64,000 bases of DNA from an uncultured Actinomycetes bacterium (GCA_963708985.1 CAVPUQ010000002.1:155240-219239); one strand, 5' to 3'. Positions 8,533 to 19,451 are shown, numbered from the stretch's first letter. A program made the numbers and translations. Notes: generated from the sequence alone by a model not told the origin.

Positions 8533-9441
8533 TCAATCGCTCCCCCTGCAGGTCGCGACGATCCCTGGGATGTCCCTGGCTGTCGCCTTCCCGCAGACCT
8601 TGCCGTCCACCATGATGGCCGGGGCCAGGCCGCAGCACCCGATGCAGCGCACGGGCTTCAGCGTGAACAGCCGGTCGTCGGTAGTCTCGTCGGGGTTCAC
8701 CTCAAGGACATCGCTCAGCTTGTCCATCAGCCGCTGGCTCCCGCGCACGTAGCACGTGGTCCCCATGCAAACGCTGATCGTGTGCTTGCCACGCGGGGTG
8801 ATGCTGAACGAGGTGTAGAAGGTGGCGATGCGGTACAGATCGGTGAGCGGCTGGCCCGTGCGCAGCGCTACGTAGACGAGGACGTTCTCTGGGAAGTAGT
8901 TGTACTCGCGGTTGATCTCCTGAAGGATCGGCATCAGCGAGCCGGTCTGGTTGCGGTGGCTCGCCAGGATCTCGTCGACCCTATCTCGAACGGCTGGGTC
9001 GAGCTCCGGCTCTGTCACGGGGTTGAGCTGCACCCTGTTGTGGGTTGGGCAGGAAGTGGTGCACACGCCGCAGCCGGTGCACCTGTCCTCGTCGACATAG
9101 CGCGGTCGCTTCCGAAGGGTGACCTTGAAGTTGCCGACCCCCCCTTCGATGCGCGTCACTTCGGCGCCTGTGATGACGTCGACGTCCTTGTGTCGGCCGA
9201 CCTCGACCAGTTTGGGAGAGATCGTGCACATCGCGCAGTCGTTGGTGGGGAAGGTCTTGTCGAGTTGCGCCATATGGCCACCGAGGGCAGGCTGCTTCTC
9301 GACGAGGTAGACCTTGTACCCGCCCTCGGCGAGATCGAGTGCGCACTGGATACCCGCGACGCCGCCGCCGAGGACGAGCGCGGCCCCGGAGGGCTTGGCA
9401 GCGCCTTGCCGCCGTCCGGCCGGCGTCGGGGTCGGCATCAT
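8533..9441 (-). CDS. Fusion of the HdrA N-terminal FAD half-domain with a NuoE/HoxE-like [2Fe-2S] thioredoxin-like ferredoxin
   Basis: From ATGATG at 9441: ...[52 protein letters not shown]...[19 protein letters not shown] matches the HdrA N-terminus. It is followed by a NuoE-like segment [18 protein letters not shown]...[12 protein letters not shown]...CIGCCGLAP. The 446-aa ORF start is an upstream GC-rich extension. The real start overlaps the acsE stop (ATGA). Confidence 0.7.
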   Translation of the reverse strand: MMPTPTPAGRRQGAAKPSGAALVLGGGVAGIQCALDLAEGGYKVYLVEKQPALGGHMAQLDKTFPTNDCAMCTISPKLVEVGRHKDVDVITGAEVTRIEGGVGNFKVTLRKRPRYVDEDRCTGCGVCTTSCPTHNRVQLNPVTEPELDPAVRDRVDEILASHRNQTGSLMPILQEINREYNYFPENVLVYVALRTGQPLTDLYRIATFYTSFSITPRGKHTISVCMGTTCYVRGSQRLMDKLSDVLEVNPDETTDDRLFTLKPVRCIGCCGLAPAIMVDGKVCGKATARDIPGIVATCRGSD

Positions 9442-10388
9442 GCAGGTCCTTCCTGCCCGCCCGAGTGGAGGTACCCCTCGGCATAGATGACCTTGTTCAG
9501 CAGGATCTGCACGGTCTTCCACACCTCGAGCTGCTCGGCGTCGTCGAGGTCTACGTCGTCGATGGACGGCTCTTCCATGGCAGCGATGCGATCTGCGATC
9601 GCCACGTATAGCCTGCCGAGCGGCGTGGAGGCGTCGCGTGCCTCGACGACGCGGATCACCTCCATCAGCTCCTCCTCGAGGGGGTTGGCGATCATCATCT
9701 GCAGGCCCGCCCCCATGAGCATGGCGCAGTACACACGATTGATGAGCGGTCGGTCCGCGGAGGGAACCGCGTTCGAGACGTTGGACAGCCCCACCGAGAT
9801 CGCCGGTGGCGGATCCCAGGCCACCGGGACCGTTCGCACGGCTTCGATCGCCTCGGGGCAGTACTCCTGGCATCCCGAGACCGTGAGGACGAGGGGGTCG
9901 ATGATGAGATCCGACACCGGGAAGTCGATCTCGAGCATCCGGGGGATGAGCTTCTCGATGACGATGTTCACTCGCTCGTCGGCGGATACGGGGATCCCGC
10001 TCTTGCCCATCGTGAGGGCCACCAACCTGGCGTCGTAGCGCTTGGCGAGGAGGGGAACCTCCTCCAGGCGCTCCTCTTCGGCCGAGGTGGAGTTGATGAT
10101 CGGCTGTGCCTTGGTGATCGCCCGCAGCCCGGCCTCGATGCCGCGGATGTTGGTGCTGTCCAGGCTCAAGGGGACATCGACGGCCGCCTCGACGGTCCGC
10201 ACGATCCAGGGGAAGACCTCCTCCCAGTCCTTCTTGCGCGGTCCGAGGTTCAGGTCCAGCGCCTGGGCGCCCGCCTCGACCTGGGCGGCCGCGAGGTTCT
10301 GGAAGAAGGAAGCGTCGCGTTCCGCCAGTGCGGCCTTCACCTTCTCCGAAACGATGTGGATGTTCTCGCCGATCAGGTACATGGTCAT
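9438..10388 (-). CDS. acsE: Methyltetrahydrofolate:corrinoid/iron-sulfur protein methyltransferase (AcsE/MeTr)
   Basis: 316 aa, [11 protein letters not shown]...ALDLNLGP...LSLDSTN...LTMGKSGIP...GLSNVS. This is the pterin-binding TIM barrel of AcsE. Confidence 0.85.
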   Translation of the reverse strand: MTMYLIGENIHIVSEKVKAALAERDASFFQNLAAAQVEAGAQALDLNLGPRKKDWEEVFPWIVRTVEAAVDVPLSLDSTNIRGIEAGLRAITKAQPIINSTSAEEERLEEVPLLAKRYDARLVALTMGKSGIPVSADERVNIVIEKLIPRMLEIDFPVSDLIIDPLVLTVSGCQEYCPEAIEAVRTVPVAWDPPPAISVGLSNVSNAVPSADRPLINRVYCAMLMGAGLQMMIANPLEEELMEVIRVVEARDASTPLGRLYVAIADRIAAMEEPSIDDVDLDDAEQLEVWKTVQILLNKVIYAEGYLHSGGQEGPA

Positions 10389-10394
10389 GTCCTC

Positions 10395-12302
10395 CTAGGT
10401 GATCGACGCCTCCACGGAAGGGAACCGCGAGAGATCCGTGTGCGGCAGGAACAGTGCCGAGGTGAAGGCCTCGTAGAACGAGTTGTCGGCTGACAGCTCG
10501 ATGTACGTCATCGCCGAGGCGATCCCGGCGACCGCGGCTCGCATCTCACGATCCAGCAGGGCGAGATACGCGCCCTTGACCGAGGTGTTCCCCAGGAACT
10601 CGAAACGCTCCCAGGGAAGATCGGGAAGCAGGCCGATGTCCACGGCCTTCTCGACGTTGATGTACTTGCCGAACGCCCCGCCGATCAGCACCCTTTCGAC
10701 GGAGCCGAGCTCGACGCCCACTCGGTCGGCAAGGACGTTGAAGCCCGCGTAGACCGCGGCCTTGGCCCTCAGCAGGTTGTCGATGTCCACCGCCGTGATG
10801 GTGATGTCATCGCCGTCCGCCGTGTCCTTCCCCCAGGCCACGACGTACTCGGCCCCGTGCTCGCCGCGCCGGACCCGTGGCGTTGGCAGGGTCTGATCGA
10901 TGTGCCCACCCTTGTCGACGATGCCGGTGAGGAACATCTCGGCGACGAGCGAGATCAACCCGCTCCCACAGATCCCGCGAGGCCGACCCTTCCCGATCAC
11001 CCGACAGGTCGGCTCGTAGGTCCGACCGTCGATCCACACCTCCTCGACGGCTCCGCGGGCCGCCCGCATGCCGTGCACCACGCCCGAGCCCTCGAAAGCG
11101 GGCCCCGCCGAGCAGGCGCACGACACGAGCCAGCTCGAGGACCCCAGGACCATCTCCCCGTTGGTGCCGATGTCGATGAACAGCGTGGTCTCGTCGGAGG
11201 ACCGCAGGCCTGAGGAGAGCACGCCGGCGCTGATATCCGCCCCTAGGTAGCTGGCGACCCCCGGCAGCAGGTCGACGGTTCCCTCCGGGCACATGCTGAT
11301 GCCCACGTCCCGGGCGGACAGGCAGGGCGGGTGGTTGATGGACGTGATGAACGGCTCGAGACGGATGCTCTCCGGAGGGATGCCGAGCAACAGGTGCATC
11401 ATCGTGCTGTTGCCGGCGACGACGGCCTTCACGATGGCGGTCGGCTCGACGTTCGCGCGGCGACACACCGCCTCGATCCGCTCGTTGATCGTCGCGAGGA
11501 CGAGCTCCCTCAGCTCCTCGCCGCCGTCTCCCTTGGTGGCGTAGATGATGCGGGAGATGATGTCCTCGCCCCGGGCGATCTGCTGGTTGTACTCGGACGA
11601 CTGGGCCATCACCTCCCCGGTGAGGAGATCCACCAGGCACACCGTGACCGTGGTCGTGCCGATGTCGATCGCGAGCCCACACAGCGGCTCCGAGGCTGCC
11701 GCCGCCGGGCCGATCGCGACGAGGCGAGCGGTGCCCGGCGGCTCGTCCGCGGTGTCGTAGGTGACAGCCACCTGCCAGTCGGAGGATCGGAGCATCCCGC
11801 CGAGCTCGCGGACCTGCGACAGCGACGCTCGGAGCCGGTCGGTGCCGGTCTCGCGGCGAAGCGCGGTGCACAGTCGCGCCCAGTCGTCGGTCTGGTCGTC
11901 CATCGACGGCCGGGGGAGGAGGAGAACGACCCTGCCGATCGTCTGCGCCTTGGCGGCGTCGTACCCGTCGGGCGCGACGATCTCCGGCGCGACGTGATCG
12001 GTCGTGAGCCGGCGCTCGATCTGCTCGACGGGCGGCACGACGACCGACACGTCACCCTCGACCACCGTCTGGCAGGCGAGGGCGTACCCGGCTTCCACGT
12101 CGGCCGCGGAGAGGCGGAGCACGCTCCGGCGCCGCACCCGACCCGATTCCACCCGCACGGCGCAACGCCCGCACCGTCCCTGCCCGCCGCAGGGTTGCTG
12201 GATGTCGAGCCCGAGCCGGCGAGCAGCTTCGACCAGCAGGGTCCCCGCCCGTACGGTGATGGGCTCGGCACGGTCGGCGAATCGGACGATGTGCTCGGCC
12301 AC
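10395..12302 (-). CDS. Corrinoid iron-sulfur protein reductive activase (RACo): [2Fe-2S] ferredoxin plus ASKHA ATPase
   Basis: 635 aa. The N-terminal plant-type ferredoxin reads [12 protein letters not shown]...ALACQT. The ASKHA domain shows [11 protein letters not shown] and FIDIGTNGE. Confidence 0.8.
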   Translation of the reverse strand: MAEHIVRFADRAEPITVRAGTLLVEAARRLGLDIQQPCGGQGRCGRCAVRVESGRVRRRSVLRLSAADVEAGYALACQTVVEGDVSVVVPPVEQIERRLTTDHVAPEIVAPDGYDAAKAQTIGRVVLLLPRPSMDDQTDDWARLCTALRRETGTDRLRASLSQVRELGGMLRSSDWQVAVTYDTADEPPGTARLVAIGPAAAASEPLCGLAIDIGTTTVTVCLVDLLTGEVMAQSSEYNQQIARGEDIISRIIYATKGDGGEELRELVLATINERIEAVCRRANVEPTAIVKAVVAGNSTMMHLLLGIPPESIRLEPFITSINHPPCLSARDVGISMCPEGTVDLLPGVASYLGADISAGVLSSGLRSSDETTLFIDIGTNGEMVLGSSSWLVSCACSAGPAFEGSGVVHGMRAARGAVEEVWIDGRTYEPTCRVIGKGRPRGICGSGLISLVAEMFLTGIVDKGGHIDQTLPTPRVRRGEHGAEYVVAWGKDTADGDDITITAVDIDNLLRAKAAVYAGFNVLADRVGVELGSVERVLIGGAFGKYINVEKAVDIGLLPDLPWERFEFLGNTSVKGAYLALLDREMRAAVAGIASAMTYIELSADNSFYEAFTSALFLPHTDLSRFPSVEASIT

Positions 12303-12316
12303 GGGGGCTCCTCAGA

Positions 12317-13678
12317 TCACGGTCGATCCTCCACCAGCACGGTCTTCATGTAGGCAGGCAGATCCACCGCTTCGCGGGGACCGACCATCACGTGCCAATC
12401 GGGCAGCTCTTCTTCGAGCTCGCCAGACAGGACGGCGACGTGCCCGGGAAGCACGATCTGTCGTCGATCGACCTTGTCAGCCACCCCGAACTCCTTGACG
12501 GCCTTGGCTATCGACTCCGCATCGAACTTGCCGGCTGCCCACGCCGTCAGCACGCTCATCCCCTCGGCATCGGTGACGAGCAGCCATGCGGGAAGGCCGG
12601 AACCCTCCACCTCGTTGGCGACGCTGAAGTACGTGATGCTGAAGTTCGTCGTGACCAGGAGTGGATCGCTCGGCTTCGGACCGTTGATCTCGTAGAGGGC
12701 GGGTTGCACCTGGATCGGTTGCTGCGGATCCGTGTAGAGGTTCTCGCGCAGGACCAGGAGCGGATACACGAGTTCGGGCGCGAAGACATCCAGCACCACG
12801 AATCCCGCGTACTTCGCGATCGCTTGCGTGGCGACGACGGAGACCATGGCCCGATCGATGGACCCGTCGACGAACCCGATCGTCGGATAGCCGAGCGGCC
12901 GGAAGTTCTTCAAGGCCAGGCGCCGGATCTGTGTCTGCAGCGCCAACGAAGCACCCATCCCCGTCGCCATCGGGCGGAGGACGATGTCCTCCACGCCCTT
13001 GCCCTTCAGCTGCTCGCTGAGGTCGGCGAGCTCGTCCAGGGTGCTGCCTGCGACGCTCAGGGCAGCGCCATGCTCGAGCGCCAGATCGGCCATCCGCTCC
13101 CAGTTCTGCTGGTCCGCACCGACGAGGAGCGGCTTCTCCCCATCGAGGATCGCCAGGCCGGCTCGAGGACATCCGGGTCCTCACCCACCAGCACCATCGG
13201 GAGATCGCTGACCCGCCGCACCGTACCCACCGCTCCAGCGAACCTCGCGGGATCACCGGAAGTGGATCCCACGGCGAACCCGTCGATCCCGAGCTCGACG
13301 CCGACGTAGTCGACGGTGTAGGCGTCCGCCCGCTTGACCTGCTCCTCGATCGCCGCCTCCTCGAGCGTGTCGGCGACGTCGATGAGGACACCCGGGCGGT
13401 TGACGAACGTCTTCTCGTGTCGGAAGAGCACCGTTTCGTTGCCGGCCTTGACCTGACGGCCCCTCCCCACCAGCTCGATCAGCCGGATCGGCGGAGCGGC
13501 CGATGCGGCGAGCTCCGTCTTGGACTCGTCCGTCACGTAGGGGCAGTCGCCCAGGTCGACCTGTTTGGCCGCCAGCTTCATGGCGAACGCGAGGCAGGTG
13601 GGGAATCCGCATTCCTTGCAGTTGGTCTGCGGGAGGAGCTTGTAGATCTGGATCCCTGAGAGTGCCGTTGGCCGTCAC
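12317..13678 (-). pseudogene. acsC: CoFeSP large subunit AcsC, broken by at least two frameshifts
   Basis: C-terminal ORF 12317..13093: GYPTIGFVDG..., LYTDPQQPIQV and a B12-binding-like tail. N-terminal ORF 13057..13581: CKECGFPTCLAFAMKLAAKQVDLGDCPYV, the [4Fe-4S] site. The N-terminus ...LSGIQIYKLLPQTNCKEC is out of frame with the only nearby start (GTG about 13678). A second shift sits at about 13155-13160, where a CCC/CC run splits ...DPDVLEPA from LAILDGEKPLLVGADQQNWERMADLA... Confidence 0.7.
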
Positions 13679-14646
13679 CTACCCCACTGTCATCAACTGG
13701 TCGAGGGCGGCCCGCACGCGGGTGAGGCTCTCCGGGTGGCGGAGCACGACGACATCCGCGCCCGCTTCGATCAGCGCCACGGCGGTAACGGTCTCCCAGT
13801 TCACCGCCCGCTCTCCCCAGTCACCCCACGCGTCCGGCACGCCCTGACCGACCTTCGCCTCTTTGGTCTTCCAGGCCTCGTAGCCGGGGTTCACCACCAT
13901 CGGGAGTTGGGTCATGGCATCCCCCTGGAGCGCGGCGAGCCGCAGTCGCTCCATGACCGAGTACCCGTACTCGATGCCGTAGCCGAGTGCGCCGGTGGTC
14001 GGATCCATCAGGATCCGCTCGCGCGGCAGGCCCATGTCGGTGATCAGGATGATGAGCTGCTTGGCCAGGTTGACGTCCATCGGGGTGCGGCCCATCACCA
14101 GGTGATCGTTGGCCATGGCGGCCGCGACGATGGTCCGGTAGTTGGTGTCTTCGCAGAGGCCCAGCACCAGCCGCTCACCCTTGGTGGCGTCGGCGACCGG
14201 GACGAGGAGCTCGTTGTCGACCTCCGCCTGCCCCGGTCCCACCACGATCAACGGGCAGCCCGGTGCTCTCGAGGACCTTCGTGACCGAGCGCACGGCGAG
14301 ATCGGGGCTGACGGGATCGCCGCCGGCGTCCTCGAGACCCAGCACGAGGACGATGAGGTCGGCCCCGGCCATCCGGCGGCCGCCGCCCAGCTGCCGGGGT
14401 CCTCGGCGCACCTCACCCCAGGCCTCCAGCAGCACCGCCGACCAGTCGTTCGGTCGGAGGGAAGCGATCTCCAGCGCGATGACGGGACGGTGTGGAGGCG
14501 TCTCCTCGAAGTGCAGGAAGGGAAGGGTGCGTCTCGCCCCCGATCGTGACGGTCGAGGTTCGCGTCCCACCATCCTGCGCCGTCGCTCCCAGCGTGACGA
14601 CCTTGACCGCACCCGGCCAGTCGTCCTTGGGGATCTCAATCGGCAC
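13679..14646 (-). pseudogene. acsD: CoFeSP small subunit AcsD, broken by about two frameshifts
   Basis: Start GTG at about 14646 after AGGAGG: (M)PIEIPKDDWPGAVKVVTLGATAQDGGTRTSTVTIGGETH... Shift at about 14523-14526 (G run), then ...LPFLHFEETPPHRPVIALEI...ADLIVLVLGLEDAGGDPVSPDLAVRSVTKVLESTGLPV. Shift at about 14235 (GTTG), then IVVGPGQAEVDNELL...GYGIEYGYSVMERLRLAALQGD...VVLRHPESLTRVRAALDQLMTVG. Confidence 0.7.
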
Positions 14647-14692
14647 GAAGGCCTCCTGCTGGTGCGGTCGCGCTCCGGTCCGGTCCGGCCGA

Positions 14693-16992
14693 TCAGAAGA
14701 TCGGCTCCATCGCGAGGGCCGGATGTTCGTGTTCCCCCGAGCCACGCCAGCAGCTCCTCGACCGTCGAGACCGACCGCTCGTCGGCGATACGATCGATCA
14801 GCACGGGATCGCCTTCGCGCTCGGCCACGGCCTTCAGCTCCTCGGCCATCGAGTCCTTCAGGAAGCTGCTCATCCAGACGACACGTCTGAAGCCGCCGTC
14901 GGCCGAGATGAACTTCGGGCTGGCCAGGTAGAACTTCCCGACGCCCATCACGCCGGGGGTCTGGATGCCGCCGCCGGCGAGTCCGGCCAGGGTGCTGAAG
15001 GTCATGCCCGCCGGGGTCATGCTGGTGTCCTCCCGGCTCACCACCATCACGCCGTTCGCCTCGGGGATCAGCATCACGATGCACTCGAAGCACCCGCATG
15101 CCGTCATCGGGTTCTCCATGATCGAGTACATCGCCACCTCGTCGACGACGCCGTGCGAGCCGACCTTGGCGTAGTCGTTGGTGCCCTCCCAGTAGCCCTT
15201 CGACGGGTCGAGCACCTTGCCGAGCTTGATCGGCTGGTTCGGCCCGGTCGGGTTGATGTTGAAGGAGGCCTTGCAGTCGAGCCAGTTGTAGGCCCCGCAC
15301 AGGCCCAGCCGCTCCGGGCTGATGATGCAGACGTGGTTCGGCGCGAACGACTGGCACAGGGTGCATGAGTAGAACTCGTCCACCGCCGTGTCGGTGAGGT
15401 CGGCGAGACGCTTGTTGCGGAAGTCGTAGGCGTCTCGCGCCTCATCGAGGCAGCTCCTTGAGCTTGTGCCGGATCCGTGTGGATCGTCACCTGCACCTTG
15501 TCGACGATGGCACCGAAGTCGGAGTGGAAACGGGCGTGCAGGATCTTGCCGAAGTGCTCCAGGGCGAATCCGGCGTCGGCCGCTTTCGTCGATACGCCGG
15601 ATCCACGCGATGTCGCGCTGACCGATGTGCTGGATACCCGGATGCGCCGTTCACGAAGTAGTGGATCTGGCGCTCGAGCACCGGCTCGAAGTCCTTCTCC
15701 ATCTGGCGGCCGGCGACCTCGACGACGATGCCCAGGTCCATGCTCGCCCTGCGGCTCCACGTCCGAGAAGTCGGGACCGATCACCTCGATCTGGCCGTCC
15801 GTGACCTCGTCGAGCTTGGCCATGCGCAGGTACTCGAAGGCAGCGCGAGCTCTTGCCGCCGAACTCGACCCGCATGTCGGTCTTGCGGACGACCTCGCCT
15901 TCGAAGGCGGAGCCGTAGGGCACCGGCACCGGTACGTCGGCGATGTGGACCTTCACGCCGCGCACCTCGATGCACTTCTGGACGAGACGCTCCGCCCGCT
16001 CGAGGTCGTCGACCCCCTCGATCTCGTTGAACGGCATGCTCACGACGTGCTCGTAGGTCGTCACGCCGGTCGGGAGGATCTGCGGGATCACGGTGTCGGC
16101 GATGACCGGGAACCCGAAGTTGATGGCGCCGGCCGCGGCGGCGTACTTCAGGTCGTCGACCTCGCCGAGCGCGAGCACGAAGGCGAAGACGCGATCCTTG
16201 TTGTAGAGCAGGATGTCTCGCGCCTGCCCGCCCTTCAGGCCGCCGAACGTCAGCGCCGAGCGGGTGGCGAACCCCAGGGCGTAGATGGCGCTGATGGTGT
16301 CGGTGCCGAACGGGACGGTGTAGGTGTCGTAACCGAGCTCGACCCCCTCTTCCATGAGCTGATGGATGATGCTGCGCCCGTTGACGTTGCCCGACAGGAA
16401 GGTCAGGATGTTGCGTTTCTGCAGCTCACGCACGATCCGCACGGCGACCTCGTTCGACTTGGCACAGCCGACGATGGCGGCGAATCCGGGCATGCGCGCG
16501 ATCGACGAGCTGGATGCCCCACGACCGAAGCTGGATGTCGTCGATGGCGCCGTTGAGGTGACCGTTCGAAGCCGCCTTCTCGGTCGCGTCGGCGTCGGGA
16601 CTGGTGAAGGCGGTGCCGCCCGCCAGCTCGAAGCCGGGCAAGACCTCCGGCTGCAGTCCGTCGACGTAGCGGATCGCTTCGATGGTCTCCGCGGCGAGCA
16701 AGGTTGCCATACCGCTGTCGAGGGTCTCGCCCAGGTACGGGGTCCACTGATGATCGGCGGGGAGAGGGTGGAGCAGGTCGCGGGCGTGGGCCAGCACTTC
16801 GGGGAGCTGCCCGAGCGTCTCGACCTCGATGCCCGTCATGCCCAGGATCACCGGAAGGTGATAGGCGGTGTTGGGGAACGCGACCGGGGTCTCGGCTCCC
16901 TTCTCGCCGAGGGCTCTGTCCAGCATGGCCTCGGCTTCCGAAACCAACGCGTTGGCTCCCCGGATGGCACGTGTGGCGATGTACCTGGACAT
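14693..16992 (-). pseudogene. acsB: Acetyl-CoA synthase (ACS, A-cluster subunit AcsB), broken by about 8 +1 frameshifts
   Basis: ATG at 16992 after AAGGGAGGG: MSRYIATRAIRGANALVSEAE...NTAYHLPVILGMTG. The remaining homologous segments sit in successive +1-shifted frames: MPGFAAIVGCAKSN..., MAKLDEVTDGQIEVIGPD, MDLGIVVEVAGRQMEKDFEPVLERQIHYF, GIQHIGQRDIAWIRR, ...GAIVDKVQVTIHTD, and the A-cluster region FYSCTLCQSFAPNHVCIISPERLGLCGA...ACGCFEC. The end ...EHEHPALAMEPIF with TGA at 14693..14695 lies in yet another frame. Confidence 0.75.
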
Positions 16993-17009
16993 GAGCGGCG
17001 TGCCCTCCC

Positions 17010-19046
17010 TTATGTCACGGTCCCGTAGATCGCCGACCGTCGCTCCGGCAACGGGAGTGCCTCGAGCTCTCGGGTGCGCGCATCTCCGCTCTTGCCGAAC
17101 CTGGTCGGGTCGTACGCGGGGAGCCCGAGCGCGGCTCGCTTGGCATCGATGTGCGCGAGGGTGCGAGCGATCATCTCGTCGGCGTCGGTGAGGAACTCGA
17201 GCTTGCCGCCGTAGAGCTCCTCCCAGCCACTGCTCATGTAGTCGGCGACCACCACGCTCTCGGGAACCTTCTCCGCCTTGCCTTCGACGGGGTTCGTGCC
17301 GCCCATGATCACGTAGGCCCCGGACGCCACGCAGTACGTGGCGATCGAGAGCGCCTTCTCGCTCATCCACTCCGGAGCGATGCCGACCGCCGGGATCTCG
17401 TCGATGTCGTCGCCCAAACCCCCCTCCGCCACCATCTGCGTGAGCACCGTCAGGATCCGCGTGTTGTCCACGCAGGACCCCATGTGGAGCACCGGCGGGA
17501 TCCCCACCGTTTCGCAGACCTCGCGGAGGCCCGGACCGACCCTGTCCAGGCCGGCGTCACCGACCAGGAAGCCGGCCTTCGCGTTGGCGATGGCGCTGCA
17601 GCCGGTCTCGACCACCAGCACGTCCTGCTGGAGCAGTGCGGAGGTGATGGCGGTGTGCATGGAATCGTGCTGGATGCGGGGGTTGGTGCACCCGACGATG
17701 GCGGCCACGCCCCGGATCCGACCGGCGATGATGGCGTCGTTGAGCGGGCGGAAGGACGCCCGGTACGCTCCGCCGAGCATGTAGTTGATGTACTCGTGGG
17801 AGAAGCCGGGGGTGAGCGTGTTGCGGTAGTCCGGGATGCGGGTCTCGCCTCGGTTCTGATAGTTGTCGATCGCGAACCGCAGGATCTCCTTGGCGATGCT
17901 CATCGCGCGGTGTTCGTCGAACTCCATGTGGGTGGCACCCTTGATCCTGACCTTCGGCGAGGTGGTCACGATCTTGGTGTGGAAGCGCTCCGCCAGGCTC
18001 ACCAGGGCCTGCATGATGCACTGCACGTCGACGACCATCGCTTCGATCGCTCCCGTGAGGATGGCCAGCTCCTGCTGCAGGAAGTTCCCGGCCGCGGGGA
18101 TCCCCTGTCGCATGAGGATCTCGTTCGCCGTGCAGCAGATGCCGGCCAGGTTGATACCCTCGGCGCCCGCGGCCTTCGCGTACTCGACGATCTCCGGATC
18201 CTGGCTGGCGGCGACGATCATCTCGCTCAGGGTCGGCTCGTGGCCGTGGACGACGACGTTGACCATGTCGTCCTTGAGCACGCCGAGGTTGGCCTCTCCC
18301 AGGAGGGGGGCAGGCGTTCCGAACAGGATGTCGGAGACGTCGGTCGCGATCATGCTGCCACCCCAGCCGTCTGCCAGCGCGGTGCGTATCGCGTGGTGCA
18401 GGATGTGACTGGCGTCCTGGTCGTCGCCCATGTGGGTGCGATGCAGGGCTTCGACGACCTCGCGGTCGATGCCCCGTGGGATGACGCCGCGTTCTTCCCA
18501 TAGCGTCCTGCGCTTCGGCGGGGCCAGCCGGATCGGTGCGATCTCGCCGCGCTGCTGCCCGAACTGCTCGAGGTAGAGGTCGGCGAGCTCGTCCGCGATC
18601 TCTTCGGGTGCACGCCCTTCGACGGCGATGCCGTACGCGCTCGCCACGGTGCGGAGCTTGGCGACGTCACGGATCGCGTACCCCTCCGTCTCTCCGTTGG
18701 CCACCGCCTTGAGCGTGAACGCCATGTCGCGCCCGTGGTCGGAGTGCGCCGCCGATCCTGCGGCCACGGATCGGATGAAGTTGCTCGACTGGATCGTGTC
18801 GATGGTCGCTCCGCAGATGCCCGTCGAGCCGTCCTTGGTCAGACGACAGGGGCCCATCCCACAGAGGCTGCAGCACATGCCAACCGCGCCGATACCGCAG
18901 GGAGTCAGGGCGTCCGCACGGCTGAAGGCCGTCGAAGCGCCGATCTCATCGGCGAAGGCCAGCATCACCTGGGCGGCAGGATCGACCGATGATTCCTGGG
19001 GACTGCGCCTTCCCTTCTGTGGGGAGGTCCCTTCCCGCTCGGCCAT
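17010..19046 (-). CDS. acsA: Carbon monoxide dehydrogenase catalytic subunit (Ni,Fe-CODH; AcsA/CooS)
   Basis: 678 aa, intact. The N-terminal D/B-cluster cysteines read CGIGAVGMCCSLCGMGPCRL. C-cluster region motifs: HGHEPTLSEM, GICCTANE, VVETGCSA, HMGSCVDN. Confidence 0.9.
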   Translation of the reverse strand: MAEREGTSPQKGRRSPQESSVDPAAQVMLAFADEIGASTAFSRADALTPCGIGAVGMCCSLCGMGPCRLTKDGSTGICGATIDTIQSSNFIRSVAAGSAAHSDHGRDMAFTLKAVANGETEGYAIRDVAKLRTVASAYGIAVEGRAPEEIADELADLYLEQFGQQRGEIAPIRLAPPKRRTLWEERGVIPRGIDREVVEALHRTHMGDDQDASHILHHAIRTALADGWGGSMIATDVSDILFGTPAPLLGEANLGVLKDDMVNVVVHGHEPTLSEMIVAASQDPEIVEYAKAAGAEGINLAGICCTANEILMRQGIPAAGNFLQQELAILTGAIEAMVVDVQCIMQALVSLAERFHTKIVTTSPKVRIKGATHMEFDEHRAMSIAKEILRFAIDNYQNRGETRIPDYRNTLTPGFSHEYINYMLGGAYRASFRPLNDAIIAGRIRGVAAIVGCTNPRIQHDSMHTAITSALLQQDVLVVETGCSAIANAKAGFLVGDAGLDRVGPGLREVCETVGIPPVLHMGSCVDNTRILTVLTQMVAEGGLGDDIDEIPAVGIAPEWMSEKALSIATYCVASGAYVIMGGTNPVEGKAEKVPESVVVADYMSSGWEELYGGKLEFLTDADEMIARTLAHIDAKRAALGLPAYDPTRFGKSGDARTRELEALPLPERRSAIYGTVT

Positions 19047-19058
19047 GGTGGCTCCCCC

Positions 19059-19451
19059 TCACTCCTCCGTCGTCTCGGTCGGCACCGTCCGGGGCGAGGC
19101 CGAAGCCTTCAGCTCTTGCCGGAAGGCGACAGCCGAACCGGACGGCGCGTTGCTCGTGGTGTGTCGTAGGTACCGTCCATCCGCGACCGTTCTGTCGGTC
19201 GCAGGTTCACCCGATTCCATCGGCACGGGTAGTGGGGAGAGGTATCCGGCCTCGTCGAGCTGCCGTCGGAGTTCCTCTGCCGACGTGTGCTCGGCGTCGA
19301 AGTCGATCTCGACGACACCGAAGGCGCTCGAGGCGTAGACGGCCTGCACCCCCGGCACGTCGTGAAGGATGCGCCGAACCTCCACCACGTGGTGGTCGGC
19401 ATACATAGCCGGGACGTCGATGATGACCGACGTCAACTCATCTCCCGTCAT
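19059..19451 (-). CDS. Small hypothetical protein with a ferredoxin-like (HMA-type beta-alpha-beta-beta-alpha-beta) fold. First gene of the CODH/ACS operon
   Basis: MTGDELTSVIIDVPAMYADHHVVEVRRILHDVPGVQAVYASSAFGVVEIDFDAEHTSAEELRRQLDEAGY, with the usual CxxC replaced by YADHH, then a low-complexity tail. An alternative start at 19490 is possible. Confidence 0.4.
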   Translation of the reverse strand: MTGDELTSVIIDVPAMYADHHVVEVRRILHDVPGVQAVYASSAFGVVEIDFDAEHTSAEELRRQLDEAGYLSPLPVPMESGEPATDRTVADGRYLRHTTSNAPSGSAVAFRQELKASASPRTVPTETTEE

